Positions 1-11,690 of a DNA stretch of 53,745 nucleotides are shown piece by piece. Under the pieces are notes generated by a model, which was not told where the DNA came from, did not search any database, and saw only the letters and a list, made by a program, of their open reading frames with translations. How positions within the stretch are numbered: the first letter of the stretch is position 1; each line of letters begins with the position of its first letter. The DNA is from Vitrella brassicaformis CCMP3155 (taxonomy: Eukaryota > Protista > Chromerida): assembly GCA_001179505.1 (NCBI GenBank), contig CDMY01000548.1:1-53745 (forward strand), in the 5' to 3' direction. A program made the translations under genes and the position numbers.

Positions 1-416
1 CCGCTGTACATGTTATCGGACCTCTCGCGCAAGCCATCCCACCTCGGTGACAGACACGCCACACAGGCAGCACAAATATGGATGGATGGACTTGTGTGTG
101 TGTCAGAGGCGAGCTGTCGTCTGCGCCAAGATTCGGTGAGTTTTCAAAGAGAGACACACGCGGATGGATGGATGTATGGATGGATCAATGCAGAGGAGAG
201 TGGAAAATTCCGACGGTCACAGAGAGGAAATACTCCACGTCGGCCGTCAGATTCAAACAATCCAACTCAAACATTGGTAAGTAGATGGAGCAAAGATGGA
301 CGAATGAATCGATGGCGCGCAATGCGTCTGTGTGTCTGTCTGTGTGTCTGTGTTTGTGTGCAGGTGCCAGACTCCGCCACGGCAGACGCAGACACACTTC
401 CCGCAACAGCCATTGA
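1..416 (+). pseudogene. 3' exons of a paralog of the 4105-5069 micro-exon secreted-protein gene; the 5' end lies outside the window and the frame is uncertain
   Basis: Reverse complement of 3977-4521. Same exons and splice sites, but two 1-nt deletions relative to that copy (near 110 and near 205). Confidence 0.55.
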
Positions 417-544
417 GCGAGTGCAGGCAGTTCACGAGCCATGAGTGACTCTGCGTCTGTGAGAGCGAACCAACCAATGATGCCATGACATGGATGCATC
501 TCATCAACTGACTGACTGACTGAGCGACTTGTGTCGATTCAGAG
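1..544. repeat. Inverted segmental duplication, partner of 3977-4521
   Basis: ccgctgtacatgttatcggac at 1 is the reverse complement of gtccgataacatgtacagcgg at 4501-4521. The match continues to about 544/3977. Confidence 0.9.
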
Positions 545-567
545 TCCGCCGTTTGTGTCTCACTGTT

Positions 568-873
568 CCTTCGTCACACCTGGCAAACTGATGACGGACA
601 GCAGCAAACACACACCGACAGAGAGAGAAGCAGAATGCATTCATCCATTATATCATCATGTGAATGACTTACGCGTCGGTCTTGCTCATTCTGACAGGCT
701 GTTGGTGCTGCTGTGCGGTGTCGGCCGTGCCGTCCACACCGATGCACAGCAGCAGCAGCAGCAGTGTCACGACAAACGACACTGACCACGACGCCATGAT
801 GACAATCAGTCAATTGCAATCTCGTCAATCACTGATCGACTCTGTGTATTCGAGTGTTCGGAGGATTCGTACA
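568..873 (-). pseudogene. Truncated 5' fragment (signal-peptide exon plus start of exon 2) of the 4105-5069 gene; direct repeat of about 4823-5147
   Basis: Exon 797-673 reads MASWSVSFVVTLLLLLLCIGVDGTADTAQQHQQPVRMSKTDA with a GTAAGT donor. Homology to the intact copy breaks at about 568, inside exon 2. Confidence 0.7.
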
Positions 874-1979
874 CACACATGTACATGTCTTCGCCTGTGT
901 ATGTGGTGTAGTGTGGTGGCAAATGCAACATGTGTGTGTGGCAAGCAGGTTGAACGGAAAGGATGTTTGTGCCGCACATTACACTCGCTACGGCTGGTTT
1001 GAGCGGGTGTTCACACGTCACCTTAATTTTCTTTGGCTGGCTACTTCTTACATGAGCTACATGAAAAGGTAGTCTGGGATATGTTCTTTGAATGGATAAG
1101 TTCATTAGAACTGGGTTGTGAAGTTTGTCTATGCATGGATATACATAGACATATATACATACATACGGTCTTTGCGATCCCACCCCTGATGTCCCTGACC
1201 ATAATCCCGTCCAGCTGCCCAACCAAGTGCCAAAAAGTGAAAAGGAAATGACGTCACGACGACCCCCATAGAACATATAGTAACACAGTCAGTCACTCAC
1301 TGTACTCGACGCACGCCAAGCCGACTAGCTAGCTGTGGCTGGACAACCTACTCTTACCATCCAATCATGCACTGCACACCACACCCTTACGTACACGATA
1401 TACGTACATCAGCACACACACACACACACACATCGACAGCCGTGGCACAACTCTGATGCTTTTCGTCCTTGCCTGCCCCTGCCTGGCAGCCCTTGCTCGT
1501 GTGTCGTGTCTGTCTAACACACCCAGGCATGAGGCCGATGAATAAACGAGACGAACAAGAAAAACGACAAATAGGTCAGTCAGTAAAGATGGCTGGCTGG
1601 CAGCTCATGCATCGATGGATGCCATGCCACGGCTGCATCCATGCATGAGCTGTCTGCCTTGCATCCGTACGATGAGTCTGAGGGGGCGGGTGTCACACCC
1701 ACCCACTCCCAAGAAAGGGGTCCCCGCTCCCACACTGTCTGGCTGGCTGTGTGACCTGGCAAAGTGACGTAAGTAAAGAAAAATGAGGTGACAGGAGAGG
1801 ACAAGACAGGACAGGACATAGGACATGACATGCCCAGGGAGCGGCTCGCAAGACACCATGTGGACTGGCTGGCTGGCTGACGGAACGACCTGTCTGGGCA
1901 TCAGCACGCAGGCACACGCAGGCAAACATCACACTCACACATACAAACCGGCACATGCAGGCAGGCAGGCAGACGGACA

Positions 1980-3564
1980 TCAGTCCCCCCTCAGCGCCCT
2001 GTATCCACCCTTCTTGCCGCCGTACGAGTAGCTCTTCTTAATGTGAGTCGGCGGGGCCTTCTTGGGCGGCGGGGTCTTCTTGGGTGGCGGCTTCTTCTTG
2101 GGCGCGGGCGTAGTGGTGTGTTCCTTCTTCGGTGGGGGTGGCGCCTTCTTGCCGTAATAAGAGGAAGAGTGGCCACCGGTGCCCAGCTCACGCACGTCGG
2201 CATCTGCACCACAGACAGAAAGACAGAGAGAGAGAGAGAGACACACAGACAGAGAGGAGGAGAGTGAACAATGAGTGTCACGCCGTCCATCCATCCATCC
2301 ATCCATGTATGTGTGTGCGGGCGGGCTGGCGGGCGGGCCGTCGATCGTGCAATGTGTGTGTGACATGCTTGATACACGTACGTACCGTCAGTCACATCCT
2401 CCTCCTGGAGCTCCCTGTATCCGCCCTTCTTGCCGCCGTACGAGTAGCTCTTCTTGGTGTGAGTCGGCGGGGCCTTCTTGGGCGGCGGGGTCTTCTTGGG
2501 TGGCGGCTCCTTCTTGGGCGCGGGCGTAGTGGTGTGTTCCTTCTTCGGTGGGGGTGGCGCCTTCTTGCCGTAATAAGAGGAAGAGTGGCCACCGGTGCCC
2601 AGCTCACGCACGTCGGCATCTGCACCACAGACAGACAGACAGAGAGAGAGAGAGACACAGACAGAGAGGAGGAGAGTGAACAATGAGTGTCACGCCGTCC
2701 ATCCATCCATCCGTCCATCCATCCGTCCATCCATCCGTCCATCCATCCGTCCATGTGTGTGTGTGTGCGGGCGGGCGTGTGTGTGTGTGCGGGCGGGCGG
2801 GCGGGCCGTCGACCGTGCAATGTGTGTGACATGCTTGATACACGTACGTACCGTCAGTCACATCCTCCTCCTGGAGCTCCCTGTATCCGCCCTTCTTGCC
2901 GCCGTACGAGTAGCTCTTCTTGGTGTGAGTCGGCGGGGCCTTCTTGGGCGGCGGGGTCTTCTTGGGTGGCGGCTCCTTCTTGGGCGCGGGCGTAGTGGTG
3001 TGTTCCTTCTTCGGTGGGGGTGGCGCCTTCTTGCCGTAATAAGAGGAAGAGTGGCCACCGGTGCCCAGCTCACGCACGTCGGCATCTGCACCACACACAA
3101 GACATACCAAGAACATACGGATGGGATGGGATGTATGTGGGCAGGGCGTGCCGTCGGTTGCTGACCATCTGCCGTCATGATCGTGTCATCAGCCGTCTGG
3201 ATATCCATTCGAAGAACCAACGCAACGAAGACGTGTGACGTGTGCACTGTGAGGTCTGTTTGTCTGACACAGAATGAAGTGTGCTTCTCTGACCACGTCA
3301 TTAATGTCCTCGGCGGCTGTTTCCGTGAGCTCCCTCGCCGGCTCTTCCTCCTGGGGCACACAAACAACACAGCACACACGTTCGGGAGATGCCACCCCAC
3401 CGACCCATGTACTAGATCAGCCAGCCTCTCTCTTCATTGCCCCACACCCATCCACGCAGGGCCGGGGTGCAGGCACTCGCTGTGTCGTCCATGCACTCAG
3501 ATCTTACCGGGACGGCACATGCGAAGGCCAGCAGGCCCAGGGCAACGCAGGCGAGGAGCTTCAT
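1980..3564 (-). CDS. Secreted extensin-like Lys/Pro/Tyr-rich polyprotein precursor with three tandem repeat exons (~278 aa)
   Basis: Phase-consistent exons 3564-3508 (signal [19 protein letters not shown]), 3350-3294, 3196-3166, 3085-2852, 2619-2386 and 2203-1980. The repeat is [56 protein letters not shown], flanked by REL motifs. Confidence 0.85.
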
Positions 3565-4104
3565 GACGGCCGGTGCACTCACAGACGACAGACCTGGGGA
3601 GGAGGGCGGATTCCCAGGAGATCCGATGAATGGCAGGATCCACGCTAGATCCGGATCGCCGTTAGGGTTCCGGATCTTCCGTGAAACGCTCCGGTGAAAC
3701 AGCCAGTTGGGGTGTGGCAGCCGGTGATGGCGAAGCTGCCTGTGAAGCTGAGCATCGGTGTCTTGGCTCGCGCTGCATGCGGATGGGGTGGTCAGTTCAA
3801 TCAACAGCAGTACCACAGTAGATGGAATGTACCTGTCTGTCTGTCTGTCTGTTTGTTTCCATGTGTGAGACGATGAATGACCTTGGCAGCTGTGATACAA
3901 TTGTCCACTCTACATTGTACTGATTCTTTGTCATTCATGGCTCGTGCATGTCACTTTGTTGATCGGTGCTTTGTCGCTCTGATTCGACACAAGTCGCTCA
4001 GTCAGTCAGTCAGTTGATGAGATGCATCCATGTCATGGCATCATTGGTTGGTTCGCTCTCACAGACGCAGAGGCACTCATGGCTCGTGCACTGCCTGCAC
4101 TCGC

Positions 4105-5069
4105 TCAATGGCTGTTGCGGGAAGTGTGTCTGCGTCTGCCGTGGCGGAGTCTGGCACCTGCACACAAACACAGACACACAGACAGACACACAGACGCACT
4201 GCGCGCCATCGATCATTCGTCCGTCTTTGCTCCATCCGCTTTCTGACTTACCGTTGTTTGAGTTGGATTGTTTGAATCTGACGGCCGACGTGGAGTATTT
4301 CCTCTCTGTGACAGTGGCCAGATTCGCACTCTCCTCTGCATTGATCCATCCATCCATCCATGTGGGTCTCTCCTTGAACACTCACCGAATCTTGGCGCAG
4401 ACGACAGCTCGGCCTCTGACACACACACAAGTCCATCCATCCATATTTGTGCTGCCTGTGTGGCGTGTCTGTCACCGAGGTGGGATGGCTTGCGCGAGAG
4501 GTCCGATAACATGTACAGCGGACCTGAAGTGATAACAGACAGACAGACACATGGATGGATGGATGGATGGCAAAGTGTACCCACCGAGATCATCCAGCGA
4601 ATCTAAGGAGACACAGAGACAACAGGAGACACAAGAAGCACAGACAGAGAGGGATGCACCGTTGTCTGTCTGTCTGAATTATTCCTTACCCTCATCCTCA
4701 TCTGCAGCCATCCGTCGCCGTGACACACACAGAGACATGCACGGAAAGATGATGATTGTGTGTGCATTACACGTGTCACGTACCATCGTCAGCCGGGAGT
4801 ATCTCGAGAGTGAGCTGATTGCCCTTCGTCACACCTGGCAAACTGATGACGGACAGCAGCAAACACACACCGAGAGAGAGAGAGAGAGAGAGAGGGAGGC
4901 AGAATGCATTCATCCAGTATATCATCATGTGAATGACTTACGCGTCGGTCTTGCTCATTCTGACAGGCTGTTGGTGCTGCTGTGCGGTGTCGGCCGTGCC
5001 GTCCACACCGATGCACAGCAGCAGCAGCAGCAGCAGTGTCACGACAAACGACGCTGACCACGACGCCAT
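4105..5069 (-). CDS. Small secreted acidic protein with about 8 short exons and a basic C-terminal tail (GARLRHGRRRHTSRNSH)
   Basis: Signal exon at 5069, then a chain of phase-1 micro-exons: DEDE, DSLDDL, GPLYMLSDLSRKPSHL, EAELSSAPRF, EESANLATVTERKYSTSAVRFKQSNSNN. All have GT/AG boundaries. Confidence 0.7.
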
Positions 5070-5906
5070 GATTGACAATCAGCCAATTGGAATCTCGTCA
5101 ATCACTGATCGACTCTCTCTGTATTCGAGTGTTGCGGAGGATACGTACGCGTACGCGTACTTATGTACATGGCAAAATTTAAATTCAACACCCACGGCAC
5201 GTAGTTCACCCATGTGTATGCAAGAATTGACGAGTTCCAACGCGCAAACGCATCCGACGATCGACTTGGGTCACAGCGACAGACCGACAGGTAGACGGAG
5301 AGCACCGACCATGGCATCAAGAAGCCCGACATGCGAAGATTCCTCCTTGGCACGGCGACAGAAAGGTCTCTCCAGCTCGTCCAGGCTGGCAGCCCAGTCG
5401 GCGACAGAAAGCTCAAAATCTATTATAAAGCCACCATGCAATAGATGAACGGCTCAACAAATGTCCTGTCGACCAAAGTCTCACTCTCTGCTCTGCTGCC
5501 TCACGGTGCGCTTCGCCTCGATTGTCCCCGCAGGCGCGTCTATTTCTTGTTCTTGGATGGGAACTTCAAGGTGTAGTTGGCGGGGAGGGGAAGAATCGGG
5601 TAGCGATGATGGACACGATTGGGGTCCTGTATGCACACACACAGCAGAGACAGCACAGATACCAGCCATTCAGCATGGCGGCAGGGGCCTTTTTAAGCAC
5701 GCACGTACCGGCAGGCAGCAACTACAATGGATAAAGAATAATACACAGGCCGCCACCCGTATAGAGAGAAAGAAAGATAGACACAGTCTCTCGCTGCGAT
5801 GATATCTAGGTGTGTATCGGCAAGGGTGTAGCAGCACGAAACCAAGAAAGAGGTGAATGTCACTGCACCCCTTGCCCCCTCCCTCTCCCATACTGACCCA
5901 CCCACA

Positions 5907-8407
5907 TTACTCGCTTTCTGTCTCACTCTCACTGCTGCTGCTATCTGTCCCCTCCTCTCCCTCCCTTGCAGCCAAGAACCTGCCCGCCACCCTCCGGGCC
6001 ACATTGATTCGACGGCGATAAAACCTGGCCTGTCGCCGTCCAAACTGAAACACTGTCGTGCCAACATCAAGCCCCGCCGAGCTAAAGGCTGGCCGGGACT
6101 CCTCTATTCTTGCCTTAGGAGGGGCGGGCCTAAAAACGCCCTCTGCTATCGCACTGCTGCCTGGGTTCACTGGTGGTGCGCTTGCTGTGCTTGTGCTTGT
6201 GCTTGTTTTGCCCGTGCCTGTCTGCTCGCTTCTAGGAGGATTGCTGGCTGGCGCCTCTGTCTCACTTGCAGAAGGAGTGGGCGAGGCGGTGGTGGCTGCC
6301 TCTGTCGGAAGCGGGCCAATCGGCACCACCTCCTCTTGCGCTATGACAAGAGTGATGTTGTCTCCTCCCTGCTCCTGCCTAGGGCCTGTCTCATCCCCGC
6401 CTGTCTCTGTCTCTGTCTCCCCTGCAGTACCAGACGAGACATCGGTACCACCACTGCCCGCTCTCTCTGCCCCCCGCTCCCTTCACATTCACGCACGCCA
6501 CCACCAGTGGTCCCCCCGCCCCCCGGATCGGGCATGTACGGCACGACAGGGAACCCGTGCACCTCTAGTGGCTGTACCTTCTCTTTCTTCTCCTTCTTCT
6601 TGCCGGGCGTCTTGTAGATGAGCGTGCCTGCGGGGACCGCCATGACGCACTTCTCCCTCTTCTCGTCCAGCACAAAGCCACCGTCCTTCACGTGCTCACA
6701 CTCCAATGCCGGCTTGTAAATCGTTAGCTTGGCGCACGCCTTGTTCTGTGCGTTGAAATAGCTGATGCACAAACGCACATACGCAGAGCTACAGAGGTAT
6801 CCGTATGTTCTGCGGCTTCTCTTATCCACTCACCCCTTTGGGCATTCGATCTTGAGTGCATCCTTTTCCTTGACCTGGTCGACACAATCGCCCGTGAGGG
6901 GGTCGAGCTTAAATTTGTAAGGGCACCGTATCTCTGCGTCGTCTATCTTGTGCTTCACACACGCGTCGAACTCCGCTCGAAAATACCAACCCTGAGAAAA
7001 GTTTCGCAGAGGCCACGAGAGACATGAATAGCGAATGAATCCCCGGGCATACCTCATGGCAATTGTCCTTGGCTTTCGGTGCTGTGCCCATGTACTGCTT
7101 GCAAGTGATTTTGAATTTGTCCATAGTGAATCCCTCCGGGCACACACTCATGATCTCGCAGTGCTTCTTGAAGCCCGGCTTTATGTGCTCCTTCTTGTCT
7201 CCCAGCAGGTCGCGGCCAGGTGCGGTCCCAAAGCCCTCCTCCCACATCTTGACCAGATCCATCTCGCGAGGGTCATCCACTGGATTGTCCTCTGTTCCTG
7301 GGTTGTCTTGCTGGGCCTCGAGGGCCCTCCTCTTTTTCGTGTCGTCTGGCTGTTTGGTGCTGATGTAGGAGCAGATCTCCTGGTGAATTGGCGGCACCTC
7401 GTTGATGATGATGCACACTTCCATCCCGCCCTTGGTCTCCTTCTGCACCAGGGCACACAAACGCACTGCGCATCTATTCGCGGCTTTGAGCACTGTCTGT
7501 GTCGACCTTTTTGAAGCCTTCGGGGCAGTGGGTCTTGGGAAAGTAGACTTCGTTCTTGATGCAGTAGGCGAAAGGCCCCTTCGGCTCCTCCGGCTCTTTC
7601 TTGTGGTGCTCTCCTTTCGGGCTGTGGTAGCTGGTCTTGTAGGCGTCCTCAACCGGATACTTGGACTCAATCCTCCACCATCTGCCACGCACACAGACCG
7701 AAACACGCAGGAAGAAAAGAGGTGGGGACAGATGTAGGCATGTGCGATGGTGCCTGCAGCAGACAAGGGCTCACGTACTTTGGCTGGCCTTCCTTGTGGC
7801 CGCATTGAGGGCTCGGGGGCTCCCGCTTCTCCCCCACACACTTGTTCAAGATCACATCGGGATGGAGACCCTTCGGACACTCCTGCACATGATTGATCAA
7901 TCAACACAAACGAGCGAGCCGAAAATGAGGGAAGGAGAAAAGAGGCAGCCAAGCTTGGACACTCACTATTTTGACAGGCTCTGCCTGGTCAAACATGTTG
8001 ACGTAGTGGCACTGCTTGGTAACAAAATCAAGCCGTTCAATCGCATCTTTGGTCTTCTTCCCTGAACACACATACGACATGAGCAAGCTCGTCACATCAA
8101 CACACATGGCCGTCCGTACATCCTCCCCCAACAACCTACCTGCGAGGAACTTCAGGCAGTGCCTGATGGGTTCGACTTCAACGATGGTGCCCTTGGGCAC
8201 CACAAAGGGCTTCTCCGGTAGCTTGTGCTTCTTCGCTTTGTCTTTGTCCTTGTCAGACGTCGCCATGATGAAGTTTTCCCCGTACCCGCCCATCGACAGA
8301 GTGAGGGGCGTGTCAAAGTCCATGGGGGTGAGCGTTTCGGCGTCGGTGGCAGCTTGTTGGGCGGCGAGTCTCTTGCAGAAAAGGAAGAGAAGGAAGAAAC
8401 GCAGCAT
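5907..8407 (-). CDS. Secreted oocyst-wall-protein-like (COWP/OWP-type) cysteine-repeat protein with a probable Ser/Thr/Gly/Glu-rich tail; 3' end uncertain
   Basis: Signal MLRFFLLFLFCKRLAA. Phase-consistent exons give repeats ECPKGL..NKC, HCPEGF..EVC, VCPEGF..ITC, RCPYKF..GDC and ECPKGY..KAC. The junction into the low-complexity tail near 6460-6500 needs a very short intron or a frameshift. Confidence 0.75.
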
Positions 8408-8490
8408 CGCGGGGGGGGAGAATCATGAATTCCGATCGGACCTCAGAGGTCTGCAAGCTCGGCGCGCAGAGGGACAAAACGGCCCACATC

Positions 8491-10255
8491 ATGATGAGCG
8501 TGACTCCACTGAGTGTTCCAGTAGCCATTCTGGTTGTCTTTCTCGGCACCCCGCAGAAGGAGGCTGCCTTCATCTCGCCAGCTGTCGGCGTGCGCAGATC
8601 GCTGCATCATGGCTGTCCGAGTGAATGCATTCTCCGCACGCCCAGGGACGGCCATTCTGCGTCTGTTGCGCTTCATCATGCACAGTCGCTGAGTGGCGGC
8701 ACCCCGCTGTGCCACAGAGGCGGGAGATGGGCCGCTATAGCCGTGTGGCCATCCATCAAGGCGCTGACACAGTGGCNNNNNNNNNNNNNNNNNNNNNNNN
8801 NNNNNNNNNNNNNNNNNNNNNNNNNNNNNNNNNNNNNNNNNNNNNNNNNNNNNNNNNNNNNNNNNNNNNNNNNNNNNNNNNNNNNNNNNNNNNNNNNNNN
8901 NNNNNNNNNNNNNNNNNNNNNNNNNNNNNNNNNNNNNNNNNNNNNNNNNNNNNNNNNNNNNNNNNNNNNNNNNNNNNNNNNNNNNNNNNNNNNNNNNNNN
9001 NNNNNNNNNNNNNNNNNNNNNNNNNNNNNNNNNNNNNNNNNNNNNNNNNNNNNNNNNNNNNNNNNNNNNNNNNNNNCCATCCATCAAGGCGCTGACACAG
9101 TGGCAGAAGGGTGTGATATTCGCTGGCTTCGCTGCCCTAGCGGCTGTGGCAGTCATTGCCAAGCTGCAGAAATCACAGGTGAGCACAAGAGAAACAGAGA
9201 TATTGATGAATTCATTGATCTATCTCCCCCCGTGTGCGTGTTGTTTTGCTGCATGCCCTCAGAAAGTCAAGCTGGGGGGACTCATACGCCGTCCTACGGT
9301 GGACAGCGACGCAATCGCACAAGAGTACTGCAAGCACAGTGGAGCAATGTGTTCTCATGCATTTCACTCTGGCGCTGTGCGTGCGTGGGTGTGTAAGGCA
9401 CGAGAAGGCTCTCGAGGCTGAGAGGAGCAAGGTGCGGTCACTCGAGAGCCAGATGCGCACATTGGCGGCCGAGCTGGAGGCGCAACGCGATCGTGTCAAG
9501 GACTTCGACGAGCTCAAAACCAAATACGACAAGGTACACAGATTTGCAGGCGATCAGACGGAGGACATGACCACCACCAGCCACACACGGATCGCTGCCG
9601 CTGTGTTGTGTGTGTCAGGTGGTCGCCGATATGGCTCGTGTGTCTGAGAGAAAGCGCTCGCGGACAAGCAGATCCAAGAGGTATGTACGAGGAAGACACG
9701 CATGACGATGGCTGCAACAACATGGATGGTATGCTGATGCTGACTGATATGGATGGTGGTCAGCTACTGGATCGTATCAAGGTAGCAGAGGAGCATGCTG
9801 CTCAGGCCGCTGCAGAAAGCAAGCAGATGAGGGACAAGGTGGCAGGCGTCAAAGTGACGGGCGTGCAAGAGCACGTCAACAACGATGTGCCGGTAAGTAC
9901 TTAAGGGAGAGACCTCCCGAGGTGGCCAAGAGAGACGTATGTCATGACTGTGTGCGTGTCTGTCATGGTGTAGGCTGTGCCCGCCAGTCGCACCGACATA
10001 TACGATTGGGTGAACCTGTACAAGAAGGACCAGCTCATCCACTTCGCTAAGGTATGTAACCAACCAGCCACCACCCCCACACACATTCACACCCACACAC
10101 CACACCACACCACACACACCAACCTGCCGCAAACATGTGTATGTGTCTGGTGCTGAAAGGTGTACGGTGTGGACACCCGCAAGGGGCAGACAAAGATGGC
10201 GATTGTTGATGAGATCGCCAAGGCCATCTACTCACCCACGACTGGCGACGAGTGA
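8491..10255 (+). CDS. Membrane-anchored coiled-coil protein with a C-terminal Rho_N/SAP-like helical motif and a possible bipartite plastid leader (copy 1; apparent 1-nt frameshift near 9648)
   Basis: Leader MMSVTPLSVPVAILVVFLGTPQKEAAFISP, TM segment GVIFAGFAALAAVAVIA, coiled-coil exons, and last exons WVNLYKKDQLIHFAK / VYGVDTRKGQTKMAIVDEIAKAIYS. An alternative ATG lies at 8425. Confidence 0.65.
8777..9076. other. 300-N assembly gap; probably spurious
   Basis: The same ~29 nt (ccatccatcaaggcgctgacacagtggc) occur on both sides, and copy 2 is contiguous here. Confidence 0.9.
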
Positions 10256-11690
10256 ATGCATCCACTGCCAGCCAACCGAGTGCCGTCGGTCAGTGTACAG
10301 TCAGGTCAAGTCCGCCCAGTGCATCGCATCCATCACGATTCGGTGGACGTGATTAGCCCCCGTGGCTCCATGTATGGGTGTTGTGTGATGTATGCAACAG
10401 GCAGGTAGGCAGGTAGATAGACAGGTAGATAGACAGGTAGGTAGCTGGGGATGATCAAGAAGAGAAGGTGCCTTACTGCCTGTGGGGTAGGTGCGGTTCG
10501 CGGGCTTTTTGTGTGTAGTGAGGGAGGGATGGATGGATGGAGGGAATTGCTTTCGGTTTTCGTGCGTCGGTCACATGATGAGCGTGCTGTATATAAGTCA
10601 GTCACTGGAGCATGTGTGCCCCCGGTCGGTTGGTTGTGTTAGATGCCTCTGGGCACAGACAACGGTTTTGACTTTGCCTTCTTTCGCCCCCTCGGCTCCT
10701 CTTCCCACCCCCTCTCTCTTTTCCTCTGTTTATGTGTGTGCCGTGCTGAGACCACATGTATATGTATACGTATGTGCGGTGGATTGCGTTTGGTATGTGT
10801 CTGTGTATGTGTGTGTGTGTGTATGTGTGCGAATGGGACACATACACATGATTTGAGATATTTGAACCCTCTTGGATTCACTCACAATCGTGTCCAGCTT
10901 GCTGACTCACCCATGCGAAGGCGAGGCCCGAAGGGCCGAGCCGAGCCTGAGTGCGTCTGTGTCTGTGTGTGTGCATCACACACACACGACCCCCCCACAC
11001 ACCGATCCAGCCACCCCCTGCACACACACAAACACTCTCTATCTCTCTCTGTGTGTGTGTGTGTGCCGTGCGAAGGCGAGGTCCGAAGGGCCGAGCCGAG
11101 CGTGTCTGTCTGTCTGATGCTGTGTGTGTTGTCTGTGTGTGTGTGCATCGTATGGACACCCCCTTGCACCCCTACACACAGCCACTCACCCCTGCACGCA
11201 CTCCCTCTCTCTCTGTGTCCATGGGTTTTTGGCCAACTTGGCGATGACCTGGAAGGACGAGTATTGACTGTAGAGCTTATCTACAAGATGTTCTGATTGT
11301 CAACGCCCATCGGTTTGCCATTCGTCGTTTCCACCAAACTGCACCTCTCACCACTTCACCGCACTCACCCCATCGATACCCCCCCTGCCGCATACCCACT
11401 TCTCACACACGCAAGGCCAGCCGCCCAACCGCCGCACACAGACAGCCCACCACACCAACAGTCATTCCCCGACTTCCCAGCCTCCTGCGCTGGACACTCG
11501 TCGAGTTGTGTGTGTCTGAGTGTCTCGGTGCGTCTGCCGCCCACTGCTGCACACCTGCATTCACCCATTTCGCAAACCCCAGGCGTCAGTACTGTTCAGA
11601 TGAGCACGGCAGCGGCCACCATGGCCACTTGCAATGGAAAAAAACCTCCCAACTCGGCCGATCGCCGCGCACTGCGAGCTTAGATGTGCA

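Noticed and set aside
664-1002. Plus-strand ORFs MTYASVLLILTGCWCCC (also 4933-5448) as secreted proteins
   Set aside because: They are antisense to a better-supported signal exon with a GTAAGT donor and phase-consistent downstream exons.
1983-1991. C-terminal RGD as an integrin-binding motif
   Set aside because: More simply part of the RALRG processing-like motif, and there is no reason to expect integrin ligands here.
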